In this document: positions 55,201 to 55,488 of the stretch, one piece after another
Layout of the letters: the number at the start of each line of letters is the position of its first letter
How positions within the stretch are numbered: position 1 is the stretch's first letter
NCBI GenBank assembly: GCA_037138215.1
Contig: JBAXIU010000002.1
Span: 1 to 55,488, forward strand
Reading direction: 5' to 3'
Source of the DNA: Candidatus Peregrinibacteria bacterium
Lineage (GTDB): Bacteria; Patescibacteriota; Gracilibacteria; CAIRYL01
Length of the DNA: 55,488 nucleotides
Program-made: the position numbers and the translations under genes
Notes under the pieces: generated by a model
Seen by the model: the letters and a program-made list of their open reading frames with translations, nothing else
What the model was told of the DNA's origin: nothing
Databases searched by the model: none

Positions 55201-55488
55201 TAGGATATTATGCTCAACGCGTAACCTCCAGTAATGGATTAGTTCTCCCTCCCGTTGAAAATAATTCACTCTCCGGAAATGGGGTATTTCAATATGCCTA
55301 TCAATCAAGTGATGCGCAGTTTACAAACCTCGTTACTTGGCTAAAAACAAAAAACATTACTCTCTCTGCTAACAACTTTACAGGATCCTATAGTGCGAAA
55401 GATAATTCATTATTTTTAAACCCTACCCCTACCGTTGTATCAAATCTCAATATCTCCGAAAATTCTGGATATTCAACTGCACAAACGA
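52233..55488 (+). CDS. very large secreted surface protein (5' partial; runs off window) with PKD-like domain and internal repeats
   Basis: I translated this frame by eye from ATG 52233 to the window end and found no stop (>1085 aa). It is absent from the ORF track because it has no stop. The signal peptide is MKRLLFSFLLLLGGIGTFSVPQSAEA. The PKD-like signature is PLNVTFTL...YWADFGDGS...YTTPGTYTAKI. Confidence 0.85.
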   Translation, partial: MKRLLFSFLLLLGGIGTFSVPQSAEALSPVPFQEPSITISAQETDPGKFTVSPGDEVTVTLTQANTTSDKGKLLHQIPAFFSNIHIQSNSGISFAATAAVARKNNTCFFDNNAYKPSISCYSFPKNAIISYTATISESYSSTVSALYTKVLYQNQNGRSVTIKDRKIIKVDDFWNDNEDEDCAFSVSTGEVTRKCNNPPAVDWKAQRRCHTTGGCGWTRPTPSVTPTPSPTPNNCASEGQVTNLTIPNSTPCCPNLSSFYLGQPGMTGSSSLCYSPSQGIPTCSKKGTAQEGWYYANGKLLSVQKCDFQTTVSPTLSVSTTQKTVVQGEDLNFSWTISNLPSNARVGFALVNTQTGKSVVFGGGAINSASSKLTICANCDEMTPAPGQYKIVADIYYVPPYVSNVVITAESSVFTIIAPPKDSALTVSLSPSSPSATSVPCNAQSVPFVKYNLTAGSRDAMVSLIFFMRSGLGSNDDFSQVWVEDEAGVRLSNPQAVEIDGSVGIKFNTPLIIKKGQTRTISVVAKLKAFNDVNNDGIKQATESCYAGRSNAFGISFAVHITTDGTISGAFPIVGARMQIVDAPLTVSTLKFYYDGEQTPTFSTENISQENALNFCIDKHNNNPTRSIKCTWNGNEIYSFTPSSSPTATISPSTGAAPLNVTFTLFAQDNTGTNGVNYWADFGDGSARMFSRLNGGVVQSYIYTTPGTYTAKIMRYSGCTYSPSTSWVCSQSPTVVAQSLITVNAVPTSPFTVLSPNGGETYKVGDRVVIRTQSPSLEAGKTLKYVLIQDRDGNGTYESRAQMNVENNSDGTVSWIIPDMIGGTGTVGTLNKFSFEVFNSATGAFTPMDTSDGNFTITEATAPKGIYKGYLNGSTSPFITTASISQSDALANCQLNHNSNPTKSIRCTWNETEIYSFTPQTTTTLQEAIAFGVYEGLGQKSSYMNHPEQTVYLAIPASAQGKVLVLTAYEPINWILRNPSNITPTKIVTIGYYAQRVTSSNGLVLPPVENNSLSGNGVFQYAYQSSDAQFTNLVTWLKTKNITLSANNFTGSYSAKDNSLFLNPTPTVVSNLNISENSGYSTAQT

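Noticed and set aside
1-55488. Alternative genetic code (UGA sense), diversity-generating retroelement, CRISPR-Cas
   Set aside because: Long motif-bearing ORFs close on TGA, TAA and TAG under the standard code. No reverse transcriptase, template/variable repeat pair, repeat-spacer array or cas gene was seen.

Overview
The window has three parts. (1) 1-4300 is a mobile or accessory left flank. It holds a ~1.05 kb insertion sequence with terminal inverted repeats, then a minus-strand operon (RHH protein, peptide deformylase, small lipoprotein, helical-repeat protein), and then a G-poor non-coding stretch. (2) About 4.3-42.0 kb is a complete-looking temperate siphovirus-type prophage. Almost all of its genes are on the minus strand, in this order: lysogeny switch, early/recombination genes including a single-chain SbcD-SbcC (Mre11-Rad50) fusion, RuvC-like resolvase, membrane-anchored lysozyme, replication organiser with internal iterons, small HTH regulator, ParB-methyltransferase, TerS/TerL, portal-MuF fusion, protease/scaffold, decoration protein, major capsid, connectors, major tail, G/GT chaperone with an A9 -1 frameshift site, tape measure, tail tip/fibre genes, and a holin/XhlA-like/M23 lysis cassette. 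A plus-strand block at the right end holds the repressor, a PD-(D/E)xK HsdR-N-like nuclease, a small basic protein, a solitary MazF-like toxin and a large serine recombinase. The recombinase's last 11 codons are antisense to an intact tRNA-Gln(UUG). (3) 42.1-55.5 kb is host backbone: an O-antigen-ligase-like protein, holA, rplS, riboflavin synthase, a Mur ligase, xth, a sigma/anti-sigma pair, and a >1085-aa secreted PKD-containing protein that runs off the window and is absent from the ORF track. Genes lack Shine-Dalgarno sequences and have T-rich leaders. All functional calls come from motifs recognised by eye; no searches were run.
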